From: a virus
Lineage: Duplodnaviria > Caudoviricetes
DNA: 25,247 bases
Strand: one strand, 5' to 3'
Virus record (IMG/VR): IMGVR_UViG_3300033406_000042
Coordinates: 1 to 25,247 of that record
Part shown: positions 1-7,422 of the stretch, piece by piece
How the letters are laid out: each line of letters starts with the position of its first letter
Position numbering within the stretch: position 1 is the first letter of the stretch
The notes under the pieces: model-generated
The model's database searches: none
What the model was told of the DNA's origin: nothing
Seen by the model: the letters and a program-made list of their open reading frames with translations, nothing else
Made by a program: the position numbers and the translations under genes

Positions 1-405
1 AGAAAAGAAACTTCCATTATCAAGGATTATTTAATTAATTGTGCAAATAATCCAATTGATTGCACAAACAATTCAATTAATCATGCCGATAATGAACAAA
101 GTAAAGTAAAAGTAAATAGAAAGAATACTAAACCTAAAGAAAACTCTACTAACGTAGAGCAAAAGAAAGCCGAACAAGCCAAGAAACTAGCCGCAGCTAA
201 AGCTGCTACTCTCTCACGTAGAAAAAACTTTTATAATTCTCTGATTCCTTTCGTAAAAACCAATAGTGGAGGAAGATATTCCAAGGAAATGATCCGTGCC
301 TTTTTCGACTATTGGTCAGAGATGAACAAAAGCGAAACTAAGATGCGATTTGAAAAACAGCCCACTTGGGAAGTCGCAAAAAGACTAAGCCACATGGGCA
401 AATAA
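1..405 (+). CDS. 3' part of phage replication initiator-like protein (5' end outside window; probable frameshift near 387-388)
   Basis: Frame 1 is open from base 1: RKETSIIKDYLINCANNP...KNFYNSLIPFV...YSKEMIRAFFDYWSEMNKSETKMRFEKQPTWEVAKRLSHMGK*. The FFDYWSE..KMRFE..TWE..KRL motif resembles C-termini of Bacteroides phage replication proteins as I recall them. Confidence 0.65.
   Translation, partial: RKETSIIKDYLINCANNPIDCTNNSINHADNEQSKVKVNRKNTKPKENSTNVEQKKAEQAKKLAAAKAATLSRRKNFYNSLIPFVKTNSGGRYSKEMIRAFFDYWSEMNKSETKMRFEKQPTWEVAKRLSHMGK
34..96 (+). repeat. Three imperfect 21-bp tandem repeats (possible iterons)
   Basis: ATTAATTGTGCAAATAATCCA / ATTGATTGCACAAACAATTCA / ATTAATCATGCCGATAATGAA, encoding INCANNP/IDCTNNS/INHADNE. 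Confidence 0.55.
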
Positions 406-416
406 AGAGAAATTCA

Positions 417-1232
417 ATGGAAGAAATAAAAATGCTAATGCTGCCCTCTCAGGTCCGTTCGATACAGCAAACGAAGAAGACGGAACTAACGCCGATTCAG
501 CAGGAATTAAAGAACTCATTAACGTCGTCCGAATTGGTTGAACAATGGGGCGGTGCCATTGCACAAATAAAATCCGTTACCGACATACAGCTCATTGCAG
601 CCAACAGGCAGATACCAACTCTGGCCGACGTGTCGGTCGTTTTTGGGAACGATACGGTGATAAAGATCATATCAGAACACTTGCGCAGTTTGTGCAAGAA
701 CGCAGATACAGGACTTACCACATACCAGTTTGCGGATACTTCACTACTTATCGCTACAGAGTACTACTACCTGAATCTGGCTGAACTGTCATACTTCTTT
801 CGGGGATGCAAGATCGGCAGGTACGGACAACTCGTATGGGGAAGTTCTCTGAATATTCAGCAAATGATGACGGCGGCAAGACGCTTCCTGACAGAGAGAA
901 ACGAAGCTATCGACAGAAATGAAAAAAAGTTGATCGAGCAGCGAAAAGAGAAAGGATTCATGAAAATAAGCACCGCAGGACAAGCTATTGTGTCTGGTGC
1001 CAATTCCGTGATAAAAATCAATCAAAAAGCAAAGAGTGATTTTAATGAATTCTGTGCTCTTTTCCCGGATTTACCAAAGGAATATCCACCTCAAACATGG
1101 TGGAAGGCATGGAGAGGAGAAGAAGACGCCTTGGATTTGGTTTATGGTGGCAAAAGACGGCCAGCATGGAGAAGCCCCGAAACAGATATAGGAGAATATC
1201 TATGTGAGTATAATATTAGCCAAAAGAAATGA
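417..1232 (+). CDS. Phage replication-module protein (DUF6633-like)
   Basis: ORF 366..1232; ATG 417 (MEEIK) is the likelier start. The YYYLNLAELSYFFRGCKIGRYGQL motif is typical of Bacteroides phage proteins following the initiator. Confidence 0.6.
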   Translation: MEEIKMLMLPSQVRSIQQTKKTELTPIQQELKNSLTSSELVEQWGGAIAQIKSVTDIQLIAANRQIPTLADVSVVFGNDTVIKIISEHLRSLCKNADTGLTTYQFADTSLLIATEYYYLNLAELSYFFRGCKIGRYGQLVWGSSLNIQQMMTAARRFLTERNEAIDRNEKKLIEQRKEKGFMKISTAGQAIVSGANSVIKINQKAKSDFNEFCALFPDLPKEYPPQTWWKAWRGEEDALDLVYGGKRRPAWRSPETDIGEYLCEYNISQKK

Positions 1233-1411
1233 AACTAACCATTTATTGGATAACAGAAGATGCAGAGAGTATCCAGCGCATAAGAGAAAAATTCAATCTT
1301 TCACCCGGCACAACTGTCAATGGAGAAACTCCTGCAGAAATACGGGAAGAAGATCTTCCACTACTAAGAGAAACCGAAAAAAGAGGATTTATACAAATAA
1401 GGAACAAATGA
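1229..1411 (+). CDS. Small hypothetical phage protein
   Basis: 60-aa ORF, 4-nt overlaps with both neighbours (translational coupling). Confidence 0.75.
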   Translation: MKLTIYWITEDAESIQRIREKFNLSPGTTVNGETPAEIREEDLPLLRETEKRGFIQIRNK

Positions 1412-1764
1412 AGCCAAAGAAACAACTCATAGAAGCCGCCATTGAGGACGGTAGCATGGACAGAATGAACATGCTATTATCAGCAGCTCACCTTTTGAAC
1501 TGTGAAGCAAACAATTTAGTCGATGAAGCAGCCGAGGTAATGCTAAAGAAAGGCTTATTGTTAGGTGAGTTAAAAATGAAGCATAATGACTTTGTGCGTA
1601 GTGCAGACAGGTATTTTAAAGAGTTTGCAATGATGATCACAACAAATAAGACGAAGATGGACATGTTCAGTGATTTGGAAGAGTTTGATAAATCATTCCG
1701 AGAGTGGGCAAAAGTAACTAACGAGTGGGAACCAATAAACAATAGCGATAAGATTTGTGAATGA
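1408..1764 (+). CDS. Hypothetical phage protein
   Basis: ATG 1408 (MKPKKQLIEAA) overlaps the upstream stop as ATGA. The longer 1204 start overlaps another gene. Confidence 0.75.
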   Translation: MKPKKQLIEAAIEDGSMDRMNMLLSAAHLLNCEANNLVDEAAEVMLKKGLLLGELKMKHNDFVRSADRYFKEFAMMITTNKTKMDMFSDLEEFDKSFREWAKVTNEWEPINNSDKICE

Positions 1765-1793
1765 TTGACTTGCTAACTCAATAGGCATAAAAT

Positions 1794-1817
1794 AAAAAAG
1801 GAGTCACGCCTGACTCC
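1794..1817 (-). terminator. Intrinsic terminator
   Basis: Minus strand GGAGTCA-GGCG-TGACTCC followed by a T run. Confidence 0.75.
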
Positions 1818-1856
1818 AACCTTTGTTAACCTTAAATCTAATACTATGAAAAACAC
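1794..1856 (-). ncRNA. Putative ~60-nt sRNA
   Basis: Lies between a consensus minus-strand Bacteroides promoter (1861-1891) and an intrinsic terminator (1794-1817), with no ORF on that strand. Confidence 0.65.
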
Positions 1857-1860
1857 ACTG

Positions 1861-1891
1861 CAAAGGTATCGAAATTCGGGCTTCCACCAAA
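1861..1891 (-). promoter_or_regulatory. Bacteroidetes primary-sigma promoter (-33/-7)
   Basis: Minus strand TTTG-N19-TACCTTTG, an exact match to TTTG-N19-21-TAnnTTTG. Confidence 0.75.
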
Positions 1892-2036
1892 TATTCGGTG
1901 CATTATAGCCCTATTTATAACATGGTTTAATATATCGAAAGGATTAGTTAACGTATTAACGTAATATAAATGCGTATTAACTTAAATATGCCTTGTGATA
2001 TGTTAGATTCTTACCCAATTCAAATTCACTAAACGT

Positions 2037-2114
2037 ATGAAGCAAATTATAAAATTCATCTTCTGCATGATTGCATTCTTTGTGGCCATGCAGATAATAA
2101 GCTATGTATTATGA
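2037..2114 (+). CDS. 25-aa hydrophobic peptide
   Basis: MKQIIKFIFCMIAFFVAMQIISYVL*; ATGA overlap with the next ORF. Confidence 0.5.
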   Translation: MKQIIKFIFCMIAFFVAMQIISYVL

Positions 2115-2272
2115 TAATAAAAGAAGCAAAGTTAATCGCTGATGATAATTCCCATATAATCATCAACGGTCCGATAGAGACGGATGATCTCGAGAGAACA
2201 AGAAAGGAGTTACACGTAATCTATACGTGTGACCGTATATTATTCACTTTTGAAGAGGAGGAAAAGAAATGA
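2111..2272 (+). CDS. 53-aa hypothetical protein
   Basis: MIIKEAKLIADDNSHIIINGPIETDDLERTRKELHVIYTCDRILFTFEEEEKK*; ATGA overlaps at both ends. Confidence 0.65.
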   Translation: MIIKEAKLIADDNSHIIINGPIETDDLERTRKELHVIYTCDRILFTFEEEEKK

Positions 2273-2451
2273 AAAAATTAATGCTGTTATTATTGGCTAT
2301 TGCTACAACTTGGGCATGTACTAAAGACTGCGTTGAACCAGAATATCCGGATATGGGAACAGAATACTGGGTTAAAAATGATTCTGACTCAGTTTATCAC
2401 GTAAGGGATAAATTGGATAGCAACTATGTGATAAAAGTCAATCAGAAATAA
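2269..2451 (+). CDS. Small putative lipoprotein
   Basis: MKK, hydrophobic stretch, then TWA-C lipobox-like site followed by an acidic TKD..EPE segment. Confidence 0.65.
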   Translation: MKKLMLLLLAIATTWACTKDCVEPEYPDMGTEYWVKNDSDSVYHVRDKLDSNYVIKVNQK

Positions 2452-2717
2452 ACTCGTTAACGAGAATAGAGTTTAATAATTATTTATTGGTTAGTGCTAA
2501 ATATTTGGCGCTACGAGCACAAATAATGGTACTTAGTAATGAAGAGTATTGGTGTTATCCGGCAGAGAATAGCTGTTTGATGTAGCAAGATGTCGATTTA
2601 CTAGCGCAAAAGATATAAATCAGAGATTCTTCTCTTTTATGAGTGATTCTCTAATTGCATTAGGATGTTAAAAATACACTTTTAAGTGAATAGATGGAGA
2701 ACAAATCATGCTATCTT

Positions 2718-2748
2718 TTTGTAGTATACAATAAAAGATATATATTTG
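2718..2748 (+). promoter_or_regulatory. Promoter of toxin-antitoxin-chaperone operon
   Basis: TTTG(2718-2721)-N19-TATATTTG(2741-2748), consensus. Confidence 0.7.
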
Positions 2749-2775
2749 CGCCACAATTCACTTAAAAGTAAAGAT

Positions 2776-3249
2776 GTGGAATGCGAATTAGAACTGTACT
2801 TAGAAAAGGAGAACATAAATATATATTCTTTTCGAAATGTAGGTGAAGAAAAACTTGAATTGGAGAAATTTCTAGAAAAATTTTCGCCTGAATCAGAGTA
2901 TTCAAAAGATATGTATATCATACTTGCTGCAATAAAAAAAATTATTGAAAATGGATCGCTAGAACGCTATTTTAGACCAGAAGGCTCGTATGCTGATGGT
3001 ATTGGTGCTATCCCTATTGAAGGGAATAGGTTAAGGCTTTATTGCATACGCATATCAGATTCTATTATTGTGTTTGGTAACGGAGATGTTAAGAATGTCA
3101 GGAGGTGGCAGGACTGTTCTGTTTTATCAACTTATGTGATGCAATTAAAAAAACTTCAAATAGAAATTTCCAAATCTCTAAAGAATAACGCATTGGAAAT
3201 TGAAAACCAAAAATATTTAAAAGGCTCTTTAAAGTTCAATATAAAATGA
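2776..3249 (+). CDS. RelE/HigB-like toxin
   Basis: IGAIPIEGNRLRLYCIRISDSIIVFGNGDVK is a RelE-fold-like strand pattern; ATGA-coupled to an HTH gene. GTG 2776 is preferred because TTG 2746 lies inside the -7 element. Confidence 0.65.
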   Translation: MECELELYLEKENINIYSFRNVGEEKLELEKFLEKFSPESEYSKDMYIILAAIKKIIENGSLERYFRPEGSYADGIGAIPIEGNRLRLYCIRISDSIIVFGNGDVKNVRRWQDCSVLSTYVMQLKKLQIEISKSLKNNALEIENQKYLKGSLKFNIK

Positions 3250-3779
3250 AGAAAGAAAATTTACTCGAAAGCAGATTGCAAGAAATACCCAAGGATATAG
3301 AAGAATTTGTGTCACTATCTTTTGATGTTTCTGATAGGATTCGAGATTTGTTAGAGAAAGAAGATTTGTCACAGAAAGAATTTGCTAAACTTTTAGGGAA
3401 AAGAGAATCTGAAGTTAGTAAATGGCTTAAGGGGACGCATAATTTTACTTTAGAAACTATTGCTAAAATTAGTATAGTTCTTAAAGCTAAATTGCTTTAT
3501 GTTCCGACATCAACGATGCCAATTGATGACTTAAAAAATGCCATAAAAGATTTTGAGGTATTGTGTGAAAATAGAACTTTAGAAGGACACTCCTCAAATA
3601 TCAAGTTTACAGTGTCAGAACAACCTACTTTATATAAAAAAGAGGATAGATTAAAGTTTTTTGATGTGCTGAATAATGTTAGTATTAATCGTAATCCTAG
3701 TGTAATGGAATATCATGTTGCCGCGTCTCTTTGTAGTGTAGAATGTGATGAAAAAAGAAATAAATACGCTCTAGTTTAA
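3246..3779 (+). CDS. HigA-like XRE HTH antitoxin with ~90-aa C-terminal extension
   Basis: LSQKEFAKLLGKRESEVSKWLKGTHNFTLETIAKI is a Cro/C1 HTH; long tail follows. Confidence 0.8.
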   Translation: MKKENLLESRLQEIPKDIEEFVSLSFDVSDRIRDLLEKEDLSQKEFAKLLGKRESEVSKWLKGTHNFTLETIAKISIVLKAKLLYVPTSTMPIDDLKNAIKDFEVLCENRTLEGHSSNIKFTVSEQPTLYKKEDRLKFFDVLNNVSINRNPSVMEYHVAASLCSVECDEKRNKYALV

Positions 3780-3797
3780 TCTTAAAATTAGTTTGTT

Positions 3798-4259
3798 ATG
3801 GAAAGTGATAATTCTTTTAAAGAGGTAAATATACGTTTGAAGAAAATTCAAGATCATAAATTTTATTATAATTTAGAATTTGAATGTGACTCTGAAAAAT
3901 TAGATGAAGAAAAGTTCCCTTGTGATGTTGAAATTAAATATCATATTTCTCATGATTTAGAGGAAGATCTTTTTAATATAAATTTGTTGATCTGCTATAA
4001 AAAGGATAAAACTTTGATTCTTGAGGCTGAAAATCGCTTTGTTTTCTGCATAAAGAATCTAAAAGATTTTATTAATGTTCGGAATGATACTACTATTTCT
4101 TTAAATGTTGATTTTCTTCCTACTTTGATTAATGTTGCAATTGGGACAATGAGGGGTATTATTTATTCAAGAACAGGAAGTAGCTCTCTTTCTGATTTTC
4201 CGTTACCCTTGATTTCTATGAATGAATTAATGAATAAGGCTCATCCTACTAATATGTAG
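3798..4259 (+). CDS. SecB-like chaperone
   Basis: 153 aa, acidic, beta-rich N-terminal part; C-terminal FLPTLINVAIGTMRGIIYSRTGSSSLSDFPLPLISMNEL resembles the SecB helix plus PxxLPxI motif; follows a TA pair. Confidence 0.65.
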   Translation: MESDNSFKEVNIRLKKIQDHKFYYNLEFECDSEKLDEEKFPCDVEIKYHISHDLEEDLFNINLLICYKKDKTLILEAENRFVFCIKNLKDFINVRNDTTISLNVDFLPTLINVAIGTMRGIIYSRTGSSSLSDFPLPLISMNELMNKAHPTNM

Positions 4260-4279
4260 TATTCAAAAAGGTATTAGTT

Positions 4280-5461
4280 ATGGATATGGATAAAGAACAA
4301 AAAAAAATCATTCTAAATCAAGTATTTTCTCCTGTACAGCCAATTCAAGAGAGAGACTTTTTTTTTGGAAGGATGAACCAGTTAACCAAAATAGTTGATG
4401 CAATAAATGAGAAAGGGCAACATGCTATCTTGTATGGTGAGAGAGGTGTAGGCAAAACATCCTTAGTCAATATAATGTATAAATCTTATACCAATGTTTA
4501 TCCTATAAAAATAACTTGTGATAGACGGCATACATTTCGTTCTCTTTGGGAAGATGCTTTTGATCATATACAATATTCTCAAACAATCAATGGCATAGGA
4601 TTTAATGCTCAAAGTAAGTCTAAAATGGTCTCTATGAAAAAAGAGATTTCATTTTGTGGGGATTTGAAGACAAATCAAATTGTAGACTTGTTAAACAAAC
4701 TTGGTAATGACTTCAAGTTAATGTTTATATTTGATGAATTTGACAATATTCGCAATGAAGAGACTAAATACTTCTTCGCTGATCTTATAAAGTCTCTATC
4801 TGACAATAATACAAATACAACAATAATATTAGTAGGTATAGCAGAAAGTGTGGAATCACTCATCGGTAGTCATCAGTCTTTAGAGAGGTGTCTCAAGCAA
4901 GTCAAAATGCCACGAATGAAAAAGGAAGAATGCGAGGCAATAATTTTTAATGGACTTAAACTCCTTAATTTCAAAATGGATAATGATATTCTAAACAAAA
5001 TTATAGAATTTTCTTCAGGGTTTCCTCATTATATTCATTTGCTATGTAAATATGGCTGTGCGGAATTGATAGAAAACGATAAAACTACATTTTCTGAGCC
5101 ATATTTAGCAATAGCATTAAATAAAGGTATTGAAAATACGTCTGAGCAGTTAAGAATTTCTTTTAGAGAGGCTGTCTTATCATCGAGTAGCAGTGATAAA
5201 TGGAAAAATATACTTTATGCATGTACAAATTGTCCGCTAGATGAATTTAATTCGTTTTCAATATCACAGATTGTTAAAGAATATAACATAATAACAAAAA
5301 GTAAATCTAAAAATTCTCACTTAAGTTATTATATAAATGAGTTAACTAAGTCTGGGCGTTCAGAGATATTAACTAGGTTAGGGAGAGGCGGAAGTACTCG
5401 TTATACATTTAATAATCCAATGATGAGAGCGTTTGTCAAACTTAAGATGAATGTAAAATAA
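4280..5461 (+). CDS. AAA+/P-loop ATPase (ORC1/Cdc6- or STAND-like) with probable C-terminal winged helix
   Basis: FFGR upstream motif, Walker A GERGVGKT, Walker B MFIFDEFD, SSGFPHYIHLLC (GxP-like), C-terminal RYTFNNPMMRAFV. Confidence 0.8.
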   Translation: MDMDKEQKKIILNQVFSPVQPIQERDFFFGRMNQLTKIVDAINEKGQHAILYGERGVGKTSLVNIMYKSYTNVYPIKITCDRRHTFRSLWEDAFDHIQYSQTINGIGFNAQSKSKMVSMKKEISFCGDLKTNQIVDLLNKLGNDFKLMFIFDEFDNIRNEETKYFFADLIKSLSDNNTNTTIILVGIAESVESLIGSHQSLERCLKQVKMPRMKKEECEAIIFNGLKLLNFKMDNDILNKIIEFSSGFPHYIHLLCKYGCAELIENDKTTFSEPYLAIALNKGIENTSEQLRISFREAVLSSSSSDKWKNILYACTNCPLDEFNSFSISQIVKEYNIITKSKSKNSHLSYYINELTKSGRSEILTRLGRGGSTRYTFNNPMMRAFVKLKMNVK

Positions 5462-5587
5462 TAATCATGGGTACAATCCAACAAGGGCTACATAACTGTG
5501 TTGTATTGTTAATCGGCAGTTTGAAAGATGATATAAACTTAATTTGTATCTAAAATTTAGTCGTACGTCATGCAACCAAGTAAACTA

Positions 5588-5621
5588 CTACCGAGTAGTC
5601 CCTTAGGGGATTATTCGGTAG
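5588..5621 (+). other. 15-bp RNA hairpin
   Basis: CTACCGAGTAGTCCC-TTAG-GGGATTATTCGGTAG pairs fully with two G-U pairs. Confidence 0.55.
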
Positions 5622-5661
5622 CTTCATTTTCATCAACATAATATAGATTAGTCTTTAGGAT

Positions 5662-5696
5662 AGAGTTTCTTACAAATCGTAAGAAGCTCTTTTTTT
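5662..5696 (+). terminator. Intrinsic terminator
   Basis: AGAGTTTCTTAC-AAATC-GTAAGAAGCTCT followed by TTTTTT. Confidence 0.7.
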
Positions 5697-5741
5697 ATGA
5701 GCAGAAACGGCTATTTAAAGAAAGGGATTAGGCAATAGAAT

Positions 5742-5793
5742 AAAAAAAGGAGAACCAAGCGTACCACCACTGAATCCTCCCTTACACGATTAC
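5742..5793 (-). ncRNA. Putative ~50-nt sRNA
   Basis: Minus strand TATTTTTG (-7 element, 5805-5798), then TAATCGTGTAA, a GGAGGATT...GGTTCTCC hairpin and T7. No clear -33 element. Confidence 0.4.
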
Positions 5794-5831
5794 AATACAA
5801 AAATACTATTTATTTTAAAATTAATCGTGTT

Positions 5832-6269
5832 ATGGAACTCAAATTTGATAAAATTATTCGACTTAAAAAGATCAGAATCGAAAAATCAGAACTCTCAGAA
5901 GAAGAAAATACTTTAGCTACTCCAATATTGACAGATAGAAGCATTATTGGCGAAATTTACAAGGTGTTTGTTGAAGCGTTAAACGAAATGAACTGTCCGC
6001 CGGATGTTGACAGCGTAACACAAAGGAAGAAATTTATCTTTATCATCTTGTACTTGTTTTCGCCCAGCACGTTAGCCGGTGGAAAAACTGCCTGTGGATT
6101 ACGGGAAGAAATGTCTAAAGTTCTAGGTGTTCATTCTAAGAGTACGATATCCGACAATTGCGCTGATGTCGTGTTCTTGTATCAAAACTATGCTGATTTT
6201 AGTAGGGATATAGAATACCTTTACACCGAAATTGTTAGTCGATTGAAAGTTAAAGGGTTAGTTTTATGA
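5832..6269 (+). CDS. Conserved Bacteroides phage protein, possible DNA-binding regulator
   Basis: 145-aa ORF; GLREEMSKVLGVHSKSTISDNC is HTH-like. Confidence 0.7.
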   Translation: MELKFDKIIRLKKIRIEKSELSEEENTLATPILTDRSIIGEIYKVFVEALNEMNCPPDVDSVTQRKKFIFIILYLFSPSTLAGGKTACGLREEMSKVLGVHSKSTISDNCADVVFLYQNYADFSRDIEYLYTEIVSRLKVKGLVL

Positions 6270-6293
6270 ATGTGCTTTCCATAGCACGAAAAG

Positions 6294-6323
6294 AAAAGCC
6301 GGAGTTTGAAGCTCCGGTTTTTT
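6294..6323. terminator. Bidirectional terminator
   Basis: AAAAGCCGGAG-TTTGAAG-CTCCGGTTTTTTT between convergent genes. Confidence 0.8.
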
Positions 6324-6331
6324 ATAAAATG

Positions 6332-6517
6332 TTATTTTACTTTTTTTGAAAATACGAAAGCTGATTTCATTTCGGCTTTTCCATCTTTATCTATTTGCTT
6401 ATAGATATGAGAGACACAAGAAGTATATTGCTCTTCGCTAACACTTTTATTATAATTTGTCTCGGCTTGATACTTCAAAGCATCACATCTTGCAGTTACA
6501 ACTAATTTCTTTTCCAT
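6332..6517 (-). CDS. Small hypothetical protein
   Basis: 61-aa ORF starting 4 nt after the 6522 ORF and ending just before the terminator. Confidence 0.5.
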   Translation of the reverse strand: MEKKLVVTARCDALKYQAETNYNKSVSEEQYTSCVSHIYKQIDKDGKAEMKSAFVFSKKVK

Positions 6518-6521
6518 AGTT

Positions 6522-6755
6522 CTAATCCCTTTCTTTTTTAATAGATTTCTTCTTTCGTTCTAATTCTCCTTTTCTGATAATACAAACAGCATTTTCATAA
6601 GGAACATCTATCTTCTGCCAATAGTTCAATAATGATTGGCGGGCAATACCTAGTTCTTGGCTTGAATAGCTATCGTACATGGCTGATGGCGAACCGAAAT
6701 ATCTATGTATCCCCGTTGCTTTTATTTCTAAATGTATTACTCCTTTTGCTTCCAT
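6522..6755 (-). CDS. Small hypothetical protein, possible HTH regulator
   Basis: 77 aa with SQELGIARQSLLNYW; minus-strand TAGATTTG (6768-6761) lies 5 nt before the ATG. Confidence 0.7.
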   Translation of the reverse strand: MEAKGVIHLEIKATGIHRYFGSPSAMYDSYSSQELGIARQSLLNYWQKIDVPYENAVCIIRKGELERKKKSIKKERD

Positions 6756-6760
6756 AACTG

Positions 6761-6861
6761 CAAATCTAGTAAATAAGTAGTATGTATCATAATTAATACT
6801 TATTTTTTATATTTATTAACGCTGCTAAGAGTATTTAATATAATATATAATACTATATTTG
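6761..6861. promoter_or_regulatory. Divergent promoter region
   Basis: -7 elements TAGATTTG (minus, 6761-6768) and TATATTTG (plus, 6854-6861); inverted repeat AAATAAGTA(6771-6779)/TACTTATTT(6797-6805). Confidence 0.55.
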
Positions 6862-6908
6862 CTGTATGAAAATCATATAAATGTATAACGAATTAAATAC
6901 ATACGATT

Positions 6909-7148
6909 ATGAAATACTTAGAAATATTATTAGAAGAGAAGAATATTAGTTCAGAAACAAATCTATTAGAGAACGAAGGCAATTTAGGCTTAACGATTCA
7001 AATGCTAATCGACTTCATCTATTCAATGCCTGCAAACATTAGAAAGCAAGTAGAGAATACATTTAGAAAGATAGACTTTATGAATGGTGATGTTATGAAC
7101 TACATCAATTTTCTAGCTAAAGGTATGGTAAAGAGTTCAGGCTATTAA
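6909..7148 (+). CDS. Hypothetical protein
   Basis: 79-aa ORF with AT-rich leader downstream of a -7 element. Confidence 0.7.
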   Translation: MKYLEILLEEKNISSETNLLENEGNLGLTIQMLIDFIYSMPANIRKQVENTFRKIDFMNGDVMNYINFLAKGMVKSSGY

Positions 7149-7160
7149 TATTGATGATAA

Positions 7161-7236
7161 ATGTACGACAATGGCTTTGTTGTCGTACATAGCAATTTAG
7201 ATAATTTCTCTAACTTAGTGCCTGTTAGTACCTTTG
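7161..7236 (+). promoter_or_regulatory. Putative late promoter 1 with upstream palindrome
   Basis: TACGACAA-N8-TTGTCGTA (7164-7187), AATTTC (7203-7208), TACCTTTG (7229-7236). Same layout recurs at 17048-17120. Confidence 0.7.
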
Positions 7237-7246
7237 AGGTATTATC

Positions 7247-7318
7247 AGCGGGATAGAGTATATGGTAACTTGCTACTTTGACTTGGTAGAGCAGACGATT
7301 CGAACGCGTCTCCCGCAA
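7247..7318 (+). tRNA. Atypical tRNA-like gene: initiator-like body, anticodon GAC (possibly degenerate)
   Basis: Cloverleaf: aGCGGGA TA GAGT atatggta ACTT G CTACT ttGACtt GGTAG agca GACGa ttcgaac gCGTC TCCCGCa A. Has a 1:72 mismatch, an A-G mismatch closing the T-loop, and T at position 37. Confidence 0.6.
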
Positions 7319-7323
7319 CACTT

Positions 7324-7397
7324 GGATAATTAGCTCAATGGTCAAGAGCGGTGCGCTGTTAACGCAAAGGTTATAGGTTCGAGTCCTATATTGTCCG
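7324..7397 (+). tRNA. tRNA-Asn(GTT)
   Basis: Acceptor GGATAAT/ATTGTCC, D-stem GCTC/GAGC, anticodon loop CTGTTAA (GTT 7358-7360), T-arm ATAGG-TTCGAGT-CCTAT, G73; no encoded CCA. Confidence 0.85.
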
Positions 7398-7422
7398 CAG
7401 CATTAATTTAATTTACACGATT

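Noticed and set aside
1204-1407. N-terminal extension of ORF 1204..1764
   Set aside because: Overlaps the 1229..1411 gene; the ATGA-coupled start at 1408 fits better.
2455-2715. Possible gene remnant upstream of the TAC promoter
   Set aside because: Only short interrupted frames and a weak hairpin; nothing I can support.
7145-7345. 66-aa minus-strand ORF
   Set aside because: Antisense to the late promoter and both tRNA-like genes; shadow ORF.
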